Part shown: positions 62,696 through 64,000 of the stretch, one piece after another
Numbering within the stretch: position 1 is the stretch's first letter
Layout: each line of letters begins with the position of its first letter
DNA from: Candidatus Poribacteria bacterium
GTDB lineage: Bacteria > Poribacteria > WGA-4E > PCPOR2b
DNA: 64,000 nucleotides
Assembly: GCA_965198175.1 (NCBI GenBank)
Contig: OZ240245.1
Span: 736,001-800,000, forward strand
Direction: 5' to 3'
The notes under the pieces: model-generated
Seen by the model: the letters and a program-made list of their open reading frames with translations, nothing else
The model's database searches: none
Told to the model about the DNA's origin: nothing
Made by a program: the position numbers and the translations under genes

Positions 62696-63568
62696 TCAAG
62701 GAATCACCTTGTTCAGTGGATACTCGATTATGCCTTCCGCGCCAATCCGTCTTAGACCTGGAATCAAATCTCGCACCACATGCTCATCAATAATTGTCTC
62801 GACAGCGTACCACCCTTCGTCACTGAGTGAAGAAATTGTCGGATTTTTCATCGCCGGCAGGATTGCCAGCAACGAGTTGAGATTCTCTTGACTAATATTC
62901 ATCTTCAAGCCAACCTTCTGCTCCGCTGTCAACGCACCCGAAAGTAGCATATACAGGTTCTTCGTCTTAGTCTGCTTCCATTCGTCTTGCCAACTCGCTT
63001 TATTCGAAATCAGCGTCGTAACAGATTCCATCACTACATCAATTATTTTCAATCGATTCGCACGGAGTGAACTTCCTGTTTCCGTGATTTCCACAATCGC
63101 ATCGCACAAGTGGGGAATCTTTACTTCCGTCGCACCGTGTGAGAATTTGACTGTTGCACTGACACCGTTTTGCGCAAAATAGGTTTTTGTCGCCTCGACC
63201 AATTCGGTGAAAACGACCTTGCCTTCAAGGTCGGCGACCATTCCAATGGGAGATTCTTCACTGACAGCCAAAACCCATCGCGCGGGTTGGTTTGTCTGTT
63301 TGCTGTAGGTGAGCGACGCAATCTCTAGAACGTCCGCTTTGCATTCACGTACCCAATCACGTCCAGCCAGCCCCACATCAATCACACCGCGTTCGACGTA
63401 AAGCGCCATCTCCTGAGGACGAAGGAGCATGACCTCAATCTCGTCGTCATCGATCTGTGGATAGTAAGATCTACTGCTGACTGTGATATTGTATCCCGCT
63501 TTTTTGAACAGGTTGATGGTGGATTCCTGGAGCGAACCCTTGGGAATCCCCAGCTTAAGTGTATCCAT
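62696..63568 (-). CDS. hisG: ATP phosphoribosyltransferase (long form)
   Basis: 'LGIPKGSL', 'GATE', 'DAIVEITETGSSLRANRL', C-terminal regulatory domain. Confidence 0.95.
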   Translation of the reverse strand: MDTLKLGIPKGSLQESTINLFKKAGYNITVSSRSYYPQIDDDEIEVMLLRPQEMALYVERGVIDVGLAGRDWVRECKADVLEIASLTYSKQTNQPARWVLAVSEESPIGMVADLEGKVVFTELVEATKTYFAQNGVSATVKFSHGATEVKIPHLCDAIVEITETGSSLRANRLKIIDVVMESVTTLISNKASWQDEWKQTKTKNLYMLLSGALTAEQKVGLKMNISQENLNSLLAILPAMKNPTISSLSDEGWYAVETIIDEHVVRDLIPGLRRIGAEGIIEYPLNKVIP

Positions 63569-63762
63569 TGGCTTCTACTTAACCCCTCTCTCTGACCGTG
63601 CGTCCATCAAGATTGGAATTCAGCTATCAGACAGTATCAAAATTGGTTCTTGGGAAAGGATCGTCAACGTTCAGAACCGACCGTGTTAAAGGCACGGAAC
63701 GCCTTGTTTAAGTGATGGGATTATAATCCAAAGCGCTTCGTTCTATAAAAGCCGAATAGGTG

Positions 63763-63999
63763 TCATTTTACAGTAACGTACCACACCTGTTCACCGCGTT
63801 TTACACGCAACAAGACGGGCTCTTTGTCCGATCGCACAGCCGCTTCGAAAGCGCCGACGTTTTGAATGGGCTGGTTCTCAACTTCAAGGATAAGATCTCC
63901 CTTTCGTAGTTTCTCTTCGGCGTTGCCAGCTTCGGCGGCTGGACTGCCCGGCTCCACACCAGCGATTAAAACCCCCTCATGAGGCTCGTAGCCGAACGC
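63763..63999 (-). CDS. C-terminal PDZ domain of a DegP/HtrA-like protease (5' end outside the window)
   Basis: Open to the edge: AFGYEPHEGVLIAGVEPGSPAAEAG...LRKGDLILEVE...VLLRVKRG. Confidence 0.75.
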   Translation of the reverse strand, partial: AFGYEPHEGVLIAGVEPGSPAAEAGNAEEKLRKGDLILEVENQPIQNVGAFEAAVRSDKEPVLLRVKRGEQVWYVTVK

Positions 64000-64000
64000 A

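Noticed and set aside
1..64000. tRNA, rRNA, transposase, integrase or reverse transcriptase genes
   Set aside because: None recognised by eye; a tRNAscan/Rfam/HMM run would be needed to exclude them fully.

Overview
Bacterial chromosomal window, most likely Candidatus Poribacteria (inferred from the secreted WD40 protein with a 'WGLPEGAKARLG' start, LamG proteins ending in a 'GKLxxTWGxIK'-type tail, four PhyH-like dioxygenases and a DUF1553/DUF1501 pair). Left edge: DUF4276-like fragment plus a PLD-SNF2 helicase (defence-type), then a 14-repeat WD40 protein. About 6-35 kb is mostly housekeeping: Zn-ADH, PhyH-HEAT fusion, UbiD/MqnL, nadA, MoxR, trkAH, gcvTHP, the rimP-nusA-(ylxR pseudogene)-infB-DUF503-rbfA-nrnA-truB-ribF-rpsO-pnp cluster and rsmE. 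Between rsmE and the glmS 3' end (35.2-37.4 kb) lies a small accessory block: a duplicated promoter/terminator-hairpin/RBS unit driving a phage-like HTH gene, one copy intact and one decayed. About 40-56 kb is a catabolic island (DUF1553/DUF1501, frameshifted GH116, three PhyH, MBL, AKR, Hyi-like, two LamG). It ends in an FGE-sulfatase/C-lectin gene whose 3' end has the codon pattern of a DGR variable region, with no TR or RT in the window. Right end: fumC, tkt flanked by twin palindromes, a hicA(frameshifted)-hicB module with integron-cassette-like ends, hisG and a partial PDZ protease. No rRNA, tRNA, CRISPR array or transposase was recognised. All calls come from reading the sequence; no searches were run.
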